A stretch of 64,000 bases of DNA from an uncultured Phycisphaerales bacterium (GCA_963758525.1 CAVWVQ010000003.1:3104001-3168000); one strand, 5' to 3'; shown: positions 18,267 to 28,789, counted from the first letter of the stretch. The notes: generated by a model not told the origin, from the sequence alone. Numbers and translations: made by a program.

Positions 18267-19622
18267 TCACTCCGCGGTCCCCGACCATGCGGGGTATTTC
18301 TGCATCACCATCTCCAACGCAACTTGCATCATGTCGGGATTGAGCCGGATGGCGGCTTTCTTTTCCAGCTCCTCGCGCACCTGCTCGCGCAAGGTATTGA
18401 ACTGCTGGCGGCGAAGTGTTTCATAAATCTTTTCCTGCACGTCCTGATCCGCGAATGCCTGCACCTTGCCGCCTTTGCGCTGCTCCAGCTTGGCCAGGTA
18501 CAGGAAGTTGCCGTCCTTGATGATCCCGGTCATCTCGCCCGGCTGCAGCTTCCAGATTGCCTCGTCCACAGACGATGCAACGAATGCGCCGCGGCTCATC
18601 CATTCGCCTGATTGCGGATCGCCCTTGCTGGACAGGAGCAATGCATCATCGTTGACCTCGCCAGCGACCTGCGCGAAGTCCGCGCCGTTGTTGATGCGAT
18701 CGCGCGCTTGCGTGATCTTCGCGACGGCTTCGTCGGGAGTGGTGTATTTATCGATGTCGATCCGGATGACGCGGAAGCGCACCAGGGCCGGTTGCGTAAA
18801 TTCCTTGTCCCGATTGGCCTCGTAGTAGTCGCGGATGTCCGAGGCGGAAATCTGAATTTGCGGAACGACGCGTCGCTGATAGTAGAGCTGCGTCATGATC
18901 AGCCGGTAGTGCTGGCGGGCGAGTTCATCGAGCGTGGTCCCGTCCTCGATTGCCCGTCGCTTGGCCAGCTCGACGGAGCCGCCGGCGTGCGCGATCTGCT
19001 CCGCGCGCGAATGAATGGTTTCCTGCGTGGCGAGCTGTTCGTCTTTGGATTCGAGGTTGCGTTTGGCGGCGGTGAACTCCACGTCCGCGTGAATGAACTC
19101 CATGACCTGCCGTTGAATCAAATCAGCCGCCACGTCGCGAAACCGGGTCGCGTCATACTTCTTGGCCTCGGCGGCCAGCGGACGATCCAGCACCGCCAAC
19201 ACCTTGTCGGCATAAATCGGCTCGCTGTCGACGTCGCCCAGCACGCTCCCGATGACTTGATCGACGCCGGTGGTATTGCCGCCGAACGCGCGCGTTGTTG
19301 GAGCGGTGGCAGGCGGCGCGGGATTTTCATTAGCCGCGATCTCCGGAGAAACCACGGCTTCGCGGACGGTCTTTGAGATAGAGCGGTTAGCCGGGTCTGT
19401 TCGCGCGTCGGGCACAGGGGTGACCCGCGCGGTGTTGTAGAGGGGCGGCCAGGTCTTATCGACCGGCCCTTCGGACGGCGCATCCGGCGGGCGCACCAGA
19501 AACGACTCGGGATTCAGCGGATGGGCCGGCGAAATCACATCCGCGCATCCGCCGAGCAGCGTCGCAAGCAACGCGCCCGCGATCGAGCCAGCAGTTAGAA
19601 GCGTGCGGCGAAAATCCATCAC
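18267..19622 (-). CDS. SurA/PrsA-like PpiC-type peptidyl-prolyl isomerase, lipoprotein
   Basis: Lipobox LLGGC, IRDYYEAN, GADFAQVA, KGD and IWKLQPGEMTGII. Confidence 0.82.
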   Translation of the reverse strand: MMDFRRTLLTAGSIAGALLATLLGGCADVISPAHPLNPESFLVRPPDAPSEGPVDKTWPPLYNTARVTPVPDARTDPANRSISKTVREAVVSPEIAANENPAPPATAPTTRAFGGNTTGVDQVIGSVLGDVDSEPIYADKVLAVLDRPLAAEAKKYDATRFRDVAADLIQRQVMEFIHADVEFTAAKRNLESKDEQLATQETIHSRAEQIAHAGGSVELAKRRAIEDGTTLDELARQHYRLIMTQLYYQRRVVPQIQISASDIRDYYEANRDKEFTQPALVRFRVIRIDIDKYTTPDEAVAKITQARDRINNGADFAQVAGEVNDDALLLSSKGDPQSGEWMSRGAFVASSVDEAIWKLQPGEMTGIIKDGNFLYLAKLEQRKGGKVQAFADQDVQEKIYETLRRQQFNTLREQVREELEKKAAIRLNPDMMQVALEMVMQKYPAWSGTAE

Positions 19623-19734
19623 GATCTCTCCTCAAGCTGACAATGTTAGCGTCGGTGTCGTGATTATTCATCTGGCAAGATATCACGGGGCGTGGAACGG
19701 ACGTGCGCGAATTTGCGAGGCGGGTGTCTTCCTG

Positions 19735-19852
19735 CCTCCTCCCCTCGTGCCCAGGGGGAGGATTGAGGTGGGGGGAAATCGTGAAACTAACGTGGCCCGC
19801 CGGATGGACGGACCCCCACCCCAACCCTCCCCCGGAGTACCAGGGGAGGGGG
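19735..19852. repeat. Inverted doublet of the CCCTCTCCC...GGGAGAGGG palindromic family
   Basis: ctcccctcgtgcccagggggaggattgaggtgggg and ccccaccccaaccctcccccggagtaccaggggagggg. Confidence 0.75.
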
Positions 19853-20031
19853 CCGGGGCGGATACGGCCTTGAATGAACTTGCCCTGGAAAGTCGCGCGC
19901 CCATACCCATACGAGCCGCCAGACCCACCCGCTTGCTCGAAAGACGACCGGTGGGCGAGTACACCCACCCTGCATTTTCAGTCTCCCGCGAGCGAGCGGA
20001 GAGTCATGGAAAAACTCCGTGAGTTTTAAAC

Positions 20032-22333
20032 CTATTGATCCGCAAGCTGCGATGGAACGACCGGCATGCCTCCGTGTCTCCGTGCCTCCGTGGTGAACTC
20101 TTCCTGGAGCGCAAGTTTCGGTTGTTCCCGCTCGGCCGATCGCAGCAGCAGCGCATTTCCAATCACCGTGACGTCGGACAACGCCATTGCCGCGGCGGCA
20201 ATCAGGGGCGTCAGCAGGCCCAGCGCGGCCAGCGGGATGGCCAGCACATTGTAGAGAAACGCGAAGAACAGATTCTGGCGGATCTTGGACATGGTCGCCC
20301 GGCTGAGCCGAATCGCGGCAGCGACGCCGTGCAGGCTGCCGGAAATGAGCACGATGTCGCCGGTCTCTTTGGCGATGTCCGAGCCGCTGCCGATGGCGAT
20401 CCCCAGATCGGCCAACGCCAGTGCCGGAGCGTCGTTGATTCCGTCGCCGACCATGGCGACGACATGACCCGCCGCCTGCAGGGAGGCAATCACTTCCGCC
20501 TTTTGCGCGGGCTTCACCTTGCGCGGACGTCTTGGATTCCTACAGCGCGCACGACTTCGTTGGCAACCGCCGCCGTGTCTCCGGTGAGCAGCACGGTTGT
20601 CAGGCCCATCGCCTGCAATTCCGCGATCGCGGCGGCGGAGTCGGGCTTGATCGCATCGGAAATCGCGATCGAGCCGATCAGCTCTACGCCGTGTTTGGTC
20701 CGCAGCGCGACGTGAACCAGCGTTTGCGCCAGAGGCGCTCCGTCGAGATTGGGGACCGGTCCGTGCTGTTCGAGCAGTTCGAGATTGCCGACGAGAATGG
20801 TGCGGCCGTCAATCTCAGCGACGATTCCCATCCCCGGCTCGGTGTTGAACGATGTCGGCTGGGCATAGCTGAGCTTTCGCTCCCGCGCCGCCGCGATGAT
20901 GGCGCCGGCGAGGGGGTGCTGGCTGAACTGTTCCGCGGCGGCCGCGAGCCGGAGTATCTCACTTTCGTCATTTCCATCAACGGGGATCACCCGCGTAACA
21001 GTCGGCTTGCCCGCGGTGATCGTCCCGGTTTTGTCGAGGACGACGGTATCGATTCTGCGGGCACTCTGCAGAGCGTCGATGTTGCGAATGAGAATTCCGC
21101 GTTTGGCGCCGCGGCCGGTTCCGACCATCAATGCGGCGGGAACTGCCAGGCCCAGGGCGCAGGGGCACGCAATAATCAGCACGCTGCAAACGGCGTTCGC
21201 GGTGCGGGCGCAGGTCGCCGTCAAAGGCAACCCGTGGGCGGCGCCCCAGGCGTACCATCCGGCCGCGGTGATGGCGGCGATGAACAACACTGCGGGGACG
21301 AAGACGGCCGCCACCTGATCCGCGATGCGCTGCACCGGCGGCTTGCTTGACTGCGCCGTCTCGACCATGTGCACGATCTGCGCCAGCGCCGTCTGGCTTC
21401 CGGTTGCGGAAATCTTCGCCTGCAGCGCGCCGGTCTGATTGATCGTTCCGCCGATGATCTGATCGCCCGGTCCCCGAGGCACGGGCAGCGACTCTCCGGT
21501 GAGCATCGATTCATCGATCGACGATCTCCCGGCAAAGACCACCGCATCCGCCGGCACACGCTCGCCCGGGCGAATCAGCACGCGATCGCCAACAACGAGC
21601 TCTGAAACCGGCACATCCTGCGTCTGCAGATTGACCAATTGATGGGCGATCGCCGGCGTGAGGTTCAACAGCTCGTGAATGGCCGACCCGGCGGATTGCC
21701 GGGCGCGAGCTTCAAGATAATGGCCCAGGCTGATCAGCGCGAGCAACCCGCTGGCCTCCATGAAGTACAGTTGCGGCTCGCGCGCCCACCAATGCAGCAG
21801 ATATCCCGCGAACGCGATGAGGCTGTAGAAGTAAGCGACCGAAGCGCCCATCGAAATGAGCGTGTCCATGTTGCTGGTGCGCTGCGCAACGCCGCAAAGG
21901 CGCTCGCGTAAAACGCCCGGCCGACGTAGACGATCGCGATCGTGCTCGCGATCAGCGACGGCCAGTCGAGATTCAGCATGTGCCCTGCCAGGTGCGAAAT
22001 CCAGTGCAGCAATTCGATCGGCAGCCAGAGAATCACGCCGGCAACGGCGCGATTCAGCCAGGAGCGGGCATGGAGCGCCTGGGCGGCGAGGCGTTGCGCT
22101 TCGCCGGTTTCAGCATTGGATTCCGGATGAGACGGATAGCCGACATTGGTGATCGCCGTTGCGATCTGATCTGACGAGACCTTCTTTGGATCAAATTGAA
22201 CCACCGCGCGACCGCGAGCGAGGTTGACCCGCGCATCTTCCACGCCCGGCAGGGCGCGTGCCGCCTTCTCCACGTGTGCGACGCAACTCGCGCAGTCCAT
22301 TCCCCCGACGTCAAATGCCGCTTCCGTGGTCAT
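20032..22333 (-). CDS. copA: P1B-type heavy-metal (Cu+-like) translocating ATPase (frameshifts near 21882 and 20520)
   Basis: GMDCASC, TGES, CPCALGLA, DKTGT, HPLA, GDGINDAPALA and YN, spread over three consecutive ORFs. Confidence 0.9.
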
Positions 22334-22361
22334 CTGTCCGAATCATAGGCGATTTCCCCAT

Positions 22362-23252
22362 TCAAGCAGTACGGGACGCCCATTTCGCGGGGAGGGATTT
22401 TGCGGCGAAGACGATGCCGAAGAGCAGGCACAGCATCCCGACGACGCAGGCGCCGCTGGAGATGTCTCCCAGTTGCAGGCTCAGCAGAATTCCCGCAAGC
22501 GTTCCGCAAAGTCCCGTCAGCCAGGACAGGAGCAGGGCGGGGCCAAGGCGTTTGCTGACGAGCAGGGCGGTTGCGCCGGGAATGACGAGCATCGCCGAGA
22601 CGAGTACGAAGCCGGCCAGGCGGATGGTCAGGACAATGGTGACAGCCAGCGCGAGCAGCAGCAGGTAATGTACCAGCGTGGTGCGAACGCCGTAGACCCG
22701 GCTCACTTCTTCGTCGAAGCAGAAGAAGACGATTTCCTTGAAGAACAGCGCCAGCACCGCCAGCAGCACTGCGGTCACGACGACGGCCAGGATCATGTCG
22801 GACCGTCCGATGGAGACCAGTGATCCAAAGAGGAGGTCTTCAAGGTTAGGCGGGGCTTGAGGGCGTCCGAGCCAGTGAACATACCAGGCGGCGCCCTGCA
22901 CGTTTCGACGGAGATCGCTCATGAAGATGCCCCACGCCATCGCGGCCACGAGGACGATGCCGATCGCGCTGTCCGGCTCCAGTTGCCGCCGGCGGGTGAG
23001 CACCCCGATCCCGGCGGCCATCGCGAGGCAGAACGCCAGCACCAGCAGATACTGGTTGAATCCGACCATGCCAAGGAAGACCGCCGTTCCAATGCCCCCA
23101 AAGCCGGCATGACTCAGCCCTTCGCCGATAAATGCCATGCGCTTCAGCACGACGACGACCGAGAGGAGCGAGCAGAGCGTGGCGATCGCCGCGCCGGCGA
23201 TCATTGCGTGGCGGGCGAACTCGTGTTCGATGATCCAGTGGAAGGCTTGCAT
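22362..23252 (-). CDS. znuB: Zn/Mn ABC transporter permease
   Basis: VVLKRMAFIGEGLSHAGFGG, DSAIG, LFGSL and LVSAMLVIPGATA. Confidence 0.9.
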   Translation of the reverse strand: MQAFHWIIEHEFARHAMIAGAAIATLCSLLSVVVVLKRMAFIGEGLSHAGFGGIGTAVFLGMVGFNQYLLVLAFCLAMAAGIGVLTRRRQLEPDSAIGIVLVAAMAWGIFMSDLRRNVQGAAWYVHWLGRPQAPPNLEDLLFGSLVSIGRSDMILAVVVTAVLLAVLALFFKEIVFFCFDEEVSRVYGVRTTLVHYLLLLALAVTIVLTIRLAGFVLVSAMLVIPGATALLVSKRLGPALLLSWLTGLCGTLAGILLSLQLGDISSGACVVGMLCLLFGIVFAAKSLPAKWASRTA

Positions 23253-23256
23253 GTTA

Positions 23257-23365
23257 GGGGAAGGCACGAAGGCACGAAGGCACGGAGGCACGAAGGGAAG
23301 GAAGGGGAAGCTCGGGGAAGGCACGAAGGCACGAAGGCACGGAGGCACGAAGGGAAGGAAGGGGA
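23257..23365. repeat. GGCACGAA octamer array duplicated with a 57-bp period
   Basis: ggggaaggcacgaaggcacgaaggcacggaggcacgaagggaaggaagggga at 23257 and 23314. Related units at 20067-20095. Confidence 0.9.
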
Positions 23366-23510
23366 GGTGGCGTTGGAAACGAGGGTCTTCCGTCGGTTCG
23401 CAATTGGTGATTTGCGGGATTATTTGCAGTCTGCAATTCGCTGTCGCGAATTGGCGTGCCGCCGGGTGTCGAGGGGGACCGATCTAGCAGTATTGCGGCG
23501 TTGGCAATAT

Positions 23511-24377
23511 TCATTTCCGGTCCCCGCTGGCGGGCTCGGAGCCCAGCACGGCGTCGTATCCATGTTGGAAGACGGCTCTCAATACTTGCGGCGTGAGACC
23601 CTGCGGCGCGTCGTGATAGTGTATGGTTTTGCGGAGACACGCGATGCGCGTGCAGCCGGCGGCGAGGGCTTCGATGTCGTGACTGACGACGATGACTGTG
23701 AGCTTGAGCGATTGATGCAATTCTCGGATCAGCGAACCGATTTCGCGCTGGCCGGGGGCGTCGATCCCGGACATGGGCTCATCGAGGATGACGATTTGCG
23801 GCCGGGCGACCAGCGCGCGAGCGATGAAGATCCGCTGCTGCTGACCGCCGGAGAGCTCGCCGATGGGCGCATCGGCGAGATGCGCGACTCCAACGCGTTG
23901 CATCATCATTTCCGCGTACTGGAGGTCCGCCGGGGCGTGGCGTCGAAAAAGGCCGGTTTTTCCGACGAGGCCGAGGCGGACGACTTGTCTTGCCGTCAGG
24001 GGGAATCGCCATTCGGCACTGTTGCGTTGGGGAACATAGCCGACGATATCGCCGCGCCGGCACGCTTGCGCCGGGGAGAGGCCCGCGACAGTGACGGTTC
24101 CGCTGTAGCCGTTGAGGAGGCCGAGCATGATCCGAAGCAGCGTTGTCTTTCCCGCCCCGTTGGGACCGATGATGCCCAGATTCATGCCCGACTCGACATT
24201 GAGGCTCACATCTTCCAAAACATTGATCGATTTCCCCGCGCCAGCGCCGCGGCCGCGATAACTGAAGCCAACGTGCTCGACGCGGATCGCGTCGTTGGCG
24301 GAGCGCAGCGGTTCGGCCGCGCCGCAATGGTCGTGATCCGCGTGGCCGCAGGAGGTTGTTGCGACAGCGTCATTCAT
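23511..24377 (-). CDS. znuC: Zn/Mn ABC transporter ATP-binding protein with a His/Cys-rich N-terminus
   Basis: CGHADHDHC, GPNGAGKTT, GYVPQ, LSGGQQQR, LDEP and VSHD. Confidence 0.9.
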   Translation of the reverse strand: MNDAVATTSCGHADHDHCGAAEPLRSANDAIRVEHVGFSYRGRGAGAGKSINVLEDVSLNVESGMNLGIIGPNGAGKTTLLRIMLGLLNGYSGTVTVAGLSPAQACRRGDIVGYVPQRNSAEWRFPLTARQVVRLGLVGKTGLFRRHAPADLQYAEMMMQRVGVAHLADAPIGELSGGQQQRIFIARALVARPQIVILDEPMSGIDAPGQREIGSLIRELHQSLKLTVIVVSHDIEALAAGCTRIACLRKTIHYHDAPQGLTPQVLRAVFQHGYDAVLGSEPASGDRK

Positions 24378-25263
24378 GGCTTGGGCGATTGCCCTTCCGC
24401 CAGCACATTTACATCCGATTTGAGCATCGCCTGATAGCTGTCGTAGCCGGGAATCGACGGGCCGCCAAGGTCGTCCAGCGACAGCACGCGCACCCCCGAC
24501 TCCTCGCGCAGCATATCGGTGGCGCGCGGCGGATATTGCGGCTCGGCATAGATCACGCGCAGGTGGTACCGCCGGATCGCGTCCAGCGCCTCGACAAGGT
24601 CTTTGGGCGAGACTTCGCCGCCCGGCGCAAGCTCGATTTCCGTCAGATGCGCCACCGCGCCAGGCCGTATCGCGTTGCCAGCGGGTCATACGCGTTGTGA
24701 TACGAGACAAACTCCTTCACGGGAACGGCCGTGAGCTGCCGGCGGAACGCTTCGTCCATTTTATCAAGATCATGCTGGAGCGTTTGCGCCCGTGCCGCAA
24801 TGTCGGCCGAATGGGCCGGGTACTGCTGCGCCAGCGCCTCGGCCAGCACTCCGACAAAATCCTTCGTGTATGCCGGGTCCATCCACAGATGCGGATTGCG
24901 GCCCATGGCTCGCGTCACTTCCGCCGGCGTCGAGCCGGCCATGCGGATGACCCGCAGGTCTTTGCGCGCCACCTGCTGCGCCGCGCGATCCGCCCAGCCG
25001 TCGAGATTCAGGCCGACTTCGACCAGCAGATCGGCCCTGCTCAGGGGCTCCATCTGCGCCGGCTGCGGTTCAAAATCGTGAGGACTGCTGCCGGGCGGCA
25101 TCAGTAATTCGACGTTGGCCCAGTCGCCCGTCAGTTGGCCGACGATGCTCTGCAGCGGAAAGATCGTCGCCACGATGACGGGGCGTGTGTCGGATTTGGC
25201 TACCGTGTCGCGCCCGCAGCCCGCCAAAAGACCTGGGGCGAAGATAAAGAAAAAGAACACCAT
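24374..25263 (-). CDS. znuA: Zn/Mn ABC transporter substrate-binding lipoprotein (frameshift near 24652; start uncertain)
   Basis: LLAGC lipobox, SPHDFEP, NPHLWMDP, YHNAY and IYAEPQ. The frame is open upstream to an ATG at 25548. Confidence 0.88.
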
Positions 25264-25319
25264 CGACGCGAATTTGCGCAGTCTCGCGATCCGGAACCGC
25301 GCGCCGAGAAGCCGCAACC

Positions 25320-25535
25320 AAATCACCCTCACCCCAACCCTCTCCCGGCGTACCGGGAGAGGGGGCCGGACGCTGGCGAATGATAGGGGTGCGTCAGGAT
25401 TCTTCCCGTCGTTGTCTCGCAATCGCGGGAACCGCGGCGGGATGAATTCCGCCCTACGTGAGATCAACCTGCGGCTCAGCGTACGGCCCACTCGTGCGAT
25501 CCCATTCCTGAACCCTGAACCCTGTACCTTGAACC
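25320..25535. repeat. Cluster of three repeat types: palindrome 25320-25365, GTAG REP about 25436-25458, CCTGAAC heptamers 25507-25536
   Basis: Matches to 5657-5702 and 49429-49486, plus the visible tandem cctgaaccctgaaccctgtaccttgaaccct. Confidence 0.8.
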
Positions 25536-25547
25536 CTCCTTCCGGCA

Positions 25548-25985
25548 TCACGCGCACCTCGGACACAATCCGTGCAGCAGCACTTCGGGAAATTTCACGT
25601 GATAATCCCGGCGGACGTGCAGCGACTTCACGAACGAGTCGGGAATCGGCGCGTCCTCCAGGCACTCGACCGTGCCGCATTCGTCGCAGACAAAATGCGG
25701 ATGACGATGTGCCGCGCGCGGCTGCGGCGCGCCCAGGGCATAGCTCCAGGAGCGGTCCTTGGCGCGGATGCGGTGGATCAACTGCAACTCAGTGAAGGTG
25801 TTCAGCGTGCGATAGACGGTGACGGTGTCTGTCGCATCGGGGAGAAGCTGGAGCATTTGCGGCGCAGTCAGCGGCTGGGTGCTTTGCTCCAGCAGCTTCA
25901 GCAGCGCCAGCCGCACCGGCGTCCGCCGCAGCTTTGCACTTTGCAGCAACTGATCGATCGAGGGTTTGGAGTGAGCTGAATCCAT
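25548..25985 (-). CDS. zur: Fur-family transcriptional regulator, probably Zur
   Basis: LRRTPVR, TVTVYRTL, HRHPHFVCDECG and CPRC. Directly upstream of znuACB. Confidence 0.8.
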   Translation of the reverse strand: MDSAHSKPSIDQLLQSAKLRRTPVRLALLKLLEQSTQPLTAPQMLQLLPDATDTVTVYRTLNTFTELQLIHRIRAKDRSWSYALGAPQPRAAHRHPHFVCDECGTVECLEDAPIPDSFVKSLHVRRDYHVKFPEVLLHGLCPRCA

Positions 25986-26001
25986 GGGTTGTTCCAAAGC
26001 A

Positions 26002-27369
26002 TCAGCCGGTGACCAGATTCGTCGCGACCGGTGTGCGGTAGGCTTTGAGGGCCGGCACGAGCCCGGCGATCAGCGCGACGACAATTACGGCGATCAGATA
26101 CACCCATTCGTACTTGTCGACGTGGATCCAGTTGATCCCTTCCCCGATGTACTCATTGAGATAAAACGAGCCGACCCCCGCCAGCAGATGTCCCGCAAGC
26201 AAGCCGAGCAATCCGCCCGCGATGCCGATGATGCTCGACTCCAGGCAGATCAGCAGCAGCACCTTGCCGCGCGTCGCGCCCAGGGCGCGGAGAATCGCGA
26301 TTTCGCGCAGCCGCGCGGAGACCGAGTTGTAGATGCTCACAAGAATTCCCACCGCCGCGACCACCGTCACCAGCAGTGCGATGATCAGAAGGACCAGCGT
26401 CGGTCCCTGCAGGAACGTGCTGAAGAATTCGCGCATCACGCTGGCGGGGTTGACCGCCATCGCTTCATTCCCGTTGTTGATGGTGTACATCAACTGTTCG
26501 GCGGTGAATCCGCTGCGCGCTTTGATGAGAATCGCGGACACCTCCCACATTTCCTGCGGGACCAGCAGCTTGAACGTTTTGTCGGGATTCATGACATAGA
26601 CCGGAATCTCATCCGCGTCGATGTTCTGCGGCGGGGGCGGCAAATGGTTCTGGATATACCATTGCGATTTGAGCCCCACCGCGTGCTCCGCGATCGTGTA
26701 GAGGCTCTTGAACGGAATGAAGACGACGCGATCGTTGGCGGTATGGGTCGGCTTGAGGATGCCGACAACCGTCCACACCTCGGGGTGAATATCAGGCGTC
26801 TCGCCCGGACGGGGCATCCCGTGCGTCGCCTGAAACGTCGATCCGATGTGCAGGCTGGTGAGCTTTGCGAGCTCGGACCCGATGACGGCTTCGAATTTCT
26901 CCGGACCAAAAACGTGGCCGTCCTGCAGTTCATAACGCCTGCCCGGGCGGTATTCCATCACTTTGTCCGCTTCCAGCGGGTTGCCATCGTCGTCGACTCC
27001 GAACAACTTTGTCGACGTTCCCACGATGCGAAACTTCCCCTGATAGGTGTCTCCGACCACATATGGAATCGCGATTCGCACATCGGCGTGATACTTGCGA
27101 AGCATGTCTCCGTACAACGAATACGGAATGTTCCCCGGGCTCTTGTCCATGTGATAGACGGTATTGAGGACGAGTTGTGTCCCCGAACCCTGCTTTCCGA
27201 CGATCACTTCGTAGCCGTAATCAGTCTGCCCGAAGAGCGCGCCGGCCTGGCCGCGGAGGATGATGATAGATGTTGCCAGGGCCACGCCGAGCGTGACGGA
27301 CAGGAGCGTGAGCCAGGTGGAGAGGGCTCGCTGCCGCATGTTTTTCAGGACGAGTTGGAAGGGGTTCAT
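26002..27369 (-). CDS. FtsX/MacB-like ABC permease (ZrgC/PA4065-like)
   Basis: N-terminal TM, GSGTQLVLNTVYH, large periplasmic domain with HG motif, REIAILRALGA and PALKAY. Confidence 0.88.
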   Translation of the reverse strand: MNPFQLVLKNMRQRALSTWLTLLSVTLGVALATSIIILRGQAGALFGQTDYGYEVIVGKQGSGTQLVLNTVYHMDKSPGNIPYSLYGDMLRKYHADVRIAIPYVVGDTYQGKFRIVGTSTKLFGVDDDGNPLEADKVMEYRPGRRYELQDGHVFGPEKFEAVIGSELAKLTSLHIGSTFQATHGMPRPGETPDIHPEVWTVVGILKPTHTANDRVVFIPFKSLYTIAEHAVGLKSQWYIQNHLPPPPQNIDADEIPVYVMNPDKTFKLLVPQEMWEVSAILIKARSGFTAEQLMYTINNGNEAMAVNPASVMREFFSTFLQGPTLVLLIIALLVTVVAAVGILVSIYNSVSARLREIAILRALGATRGKVLLLICLESSIIGIAGGLLGLLAGHLLAGVGSFYLNEYIGEGINWIHVDKYEWVYLIAVIVVALIAGLVPALKAYRTPVATNLVTG

Positions 27370-27452
27370 ACGGGAATCTCAAATCTCAAATTTCAAATCT
27401 CAAATTTCAAATACGGGAATCTCAAATCTCAAATTTCAAATGTCAAATGTCA
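27368..27452. repeat. AAATCTC/AAATTTC heptamer tandem array with a 43-bp duplication
   Basis: atacgggaatctcaaatctcaaatttcaaat at 27368 and 27411. An AT-rich patch in GC-rich DNA. Confidence 0.9.
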
Positions 27453-27470
27453 TATATCGCAGATTCCGCC

Positions 27471-28232
27471 TCATGGAGTCGACTGCACCGTGGCCTCGAC
27501 CGGGCCGGCGGCACGGTTGATTTCCGAAAGCGTCAGCGTGCGCTGAAGCTGTCTGGCGATGTTCAGATCGTGCGTCACCAGCAGAAGCGTCGCCTTGATT
27601 TCCGTGCAGAGCCTGCGAATCAGATCGAGAACCTGCTGGGCGTTGCGGGAATCCAGTGCGCCGGTCGGCTCATCCGCCAGCACCAGCCCGGGTCGATTGG
27701 CCAGGGCCCGCGCGACTGCCACCCGCTGCTGCTGGCCGACGGAAAGCTTTTGCGGCCGATAATGCAGCCGATCTGCAAGACCCACTTCGCCCAGCAGATG
27801 CCGGGCCCATTGCGGGTCGTGCGCCCTGCCCGTGAAGCTCATTCCCAGCAGCACATTTTCCAGTGCCGTGAATCCCGGCAGAAGGTGATGCGTCTGAAAG
27901 ATGTAGCCGATGTAGCTGCCGCGAAACACATCGCGCTTTGCCTCGGGGAGGTCCGAGAGGTTCACGCGCGAATCCCCGCCGGAGGAGTAGCTCAAGTGGC
28001 GGTTGCTCGCGGCGCCGGGGGCTGTTTCAGAGCCGAATAAAATCTGCCCGCTGTCGGCGGCAAGAATTCCCGCGATCAAGTGCAACAGAGTCGTCTTGCC
28101 CGAGCCGCTGGTGCCGATCAGGGCCACTTGTTCCCCGTCGCCGAGGGAGAGATGGGGGATATCGATCACGGGAACGACCGTGCCGTCGGGCCCGACGTAG
28201 TTTTTGATCAGTTTGAGAATCTCAATCGCCAT
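27471..28232 (-). CDS. LolD/MacB-like ABC ATP-binding protein (ZrgB-like)
   Basis: [39 protein letters not shown] and VTHD. Confidence 0.92.
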   Translation of the reverse strand: MAIEILKLIKNYVGPDGTVVPVIDIPHLSLGDGEQVALIGTSGSGKTTLLHLIAGILAADSGQILFGSETAPGAASNRHLSYSSGGDSRVNLSDLPEAKRDVFRGSYIGYIFQTHHLLPGFTALENVLLGMSFTGRAHDPQWARHLLGEVGLADRLHYRPQKLSVGQQQRVAVARALANRPGLVLADEPTGALDSRNAQQVLDLIRRLCTEIKATLLLVTHDLNIARQLQRTLTLSEINRAAGPVEATVQSTP

Positions 28233-28263
28233 TTCAGGATGCTCCCGCCCCCGCCGATGCCGG

Positions 28264-28303
28264 ATGATAGGTTTGAAAGAATGGGAATGCAAGCGAGTTG
28301 CAT
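28264..28303 (-). promoter_or_regulatory. Sigma-70 promoter overlapped by a palindromic operator ATGCAA-N5-TTGCAT (28287-28303)
   Basis: Minus strand reads TTGCAT-17 nt-TATCAT. The palindrome covers the -35. Confidence 0.7.
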
Positions 28304-28482
28304 GTGGCAGCAAAATTGGAGCGTGCAGACTTCCGGCCGCGTGTTGTCGCGCGGGCTTCGTGAAAGCGCGGTTTGCTGATTCTTGGCCAAAAAATTCGCG
28401 CGTACCCCTAAAATTTCCCGCCCGTCGCTGGAATTGCCGATCAGTTCACGAGGAGAGCGAACAGAGAGAGAGCAAAGGAAGC

Positions 28483-28584
28483 ATGGGACGCATACTCATC
28501 GGATTGGCGCTGATCGCGGCAGTCGCTTTGTTGGTCTATCGGATCATGCACCATGGCTCCGGCGCCTTGGGAAGCAATTGGTAG
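28483..28584 (+). CDS. Small single-TM protein (33 aa)
   Basis: AAGGAAG upstream, MGRILIGLALIAAVALLVYRIMHHGSGALGSNW. Confidence 0.45.
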   Translation: MGRILIGLALIAAVALLVYRIMHHGSGALGSNW

Positions 28585-28789
28585 ACGCACGCGCGCAAAG
28601 GATTTGGAGCGCTGCGTGCATATCAAGGGCGCCGCCCCCGAAACCCCCAGTCCCATTGCCATTTTTCAAACGGAATTCGGAAAAGGTCAGTTGCCGAAGC
28701 AATAAAATGTTGATCTCGCAGTAAGAGAGGGATAGAGAGGCAAGCGTGTGGCTTGGGGGCTGTGGAATTGCCGCTTAGCAGGAGACGAC

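Noticed and set aside
23257..23365. CRISPR array (also considered for 27368-27452 and 62103-62322)
   Set aside because: These are short tandem units without unique spacers of regular length, and no cas genes are present.
22857..27546. Long plus-strand ORFs 22857-24434 and 25984-27546 (also 32137-33477 and 47478-49004)
   Set aside because: They are antisense shadows of well-supported genes, expected in high-GC DNA, and carry no recognisable motifs.
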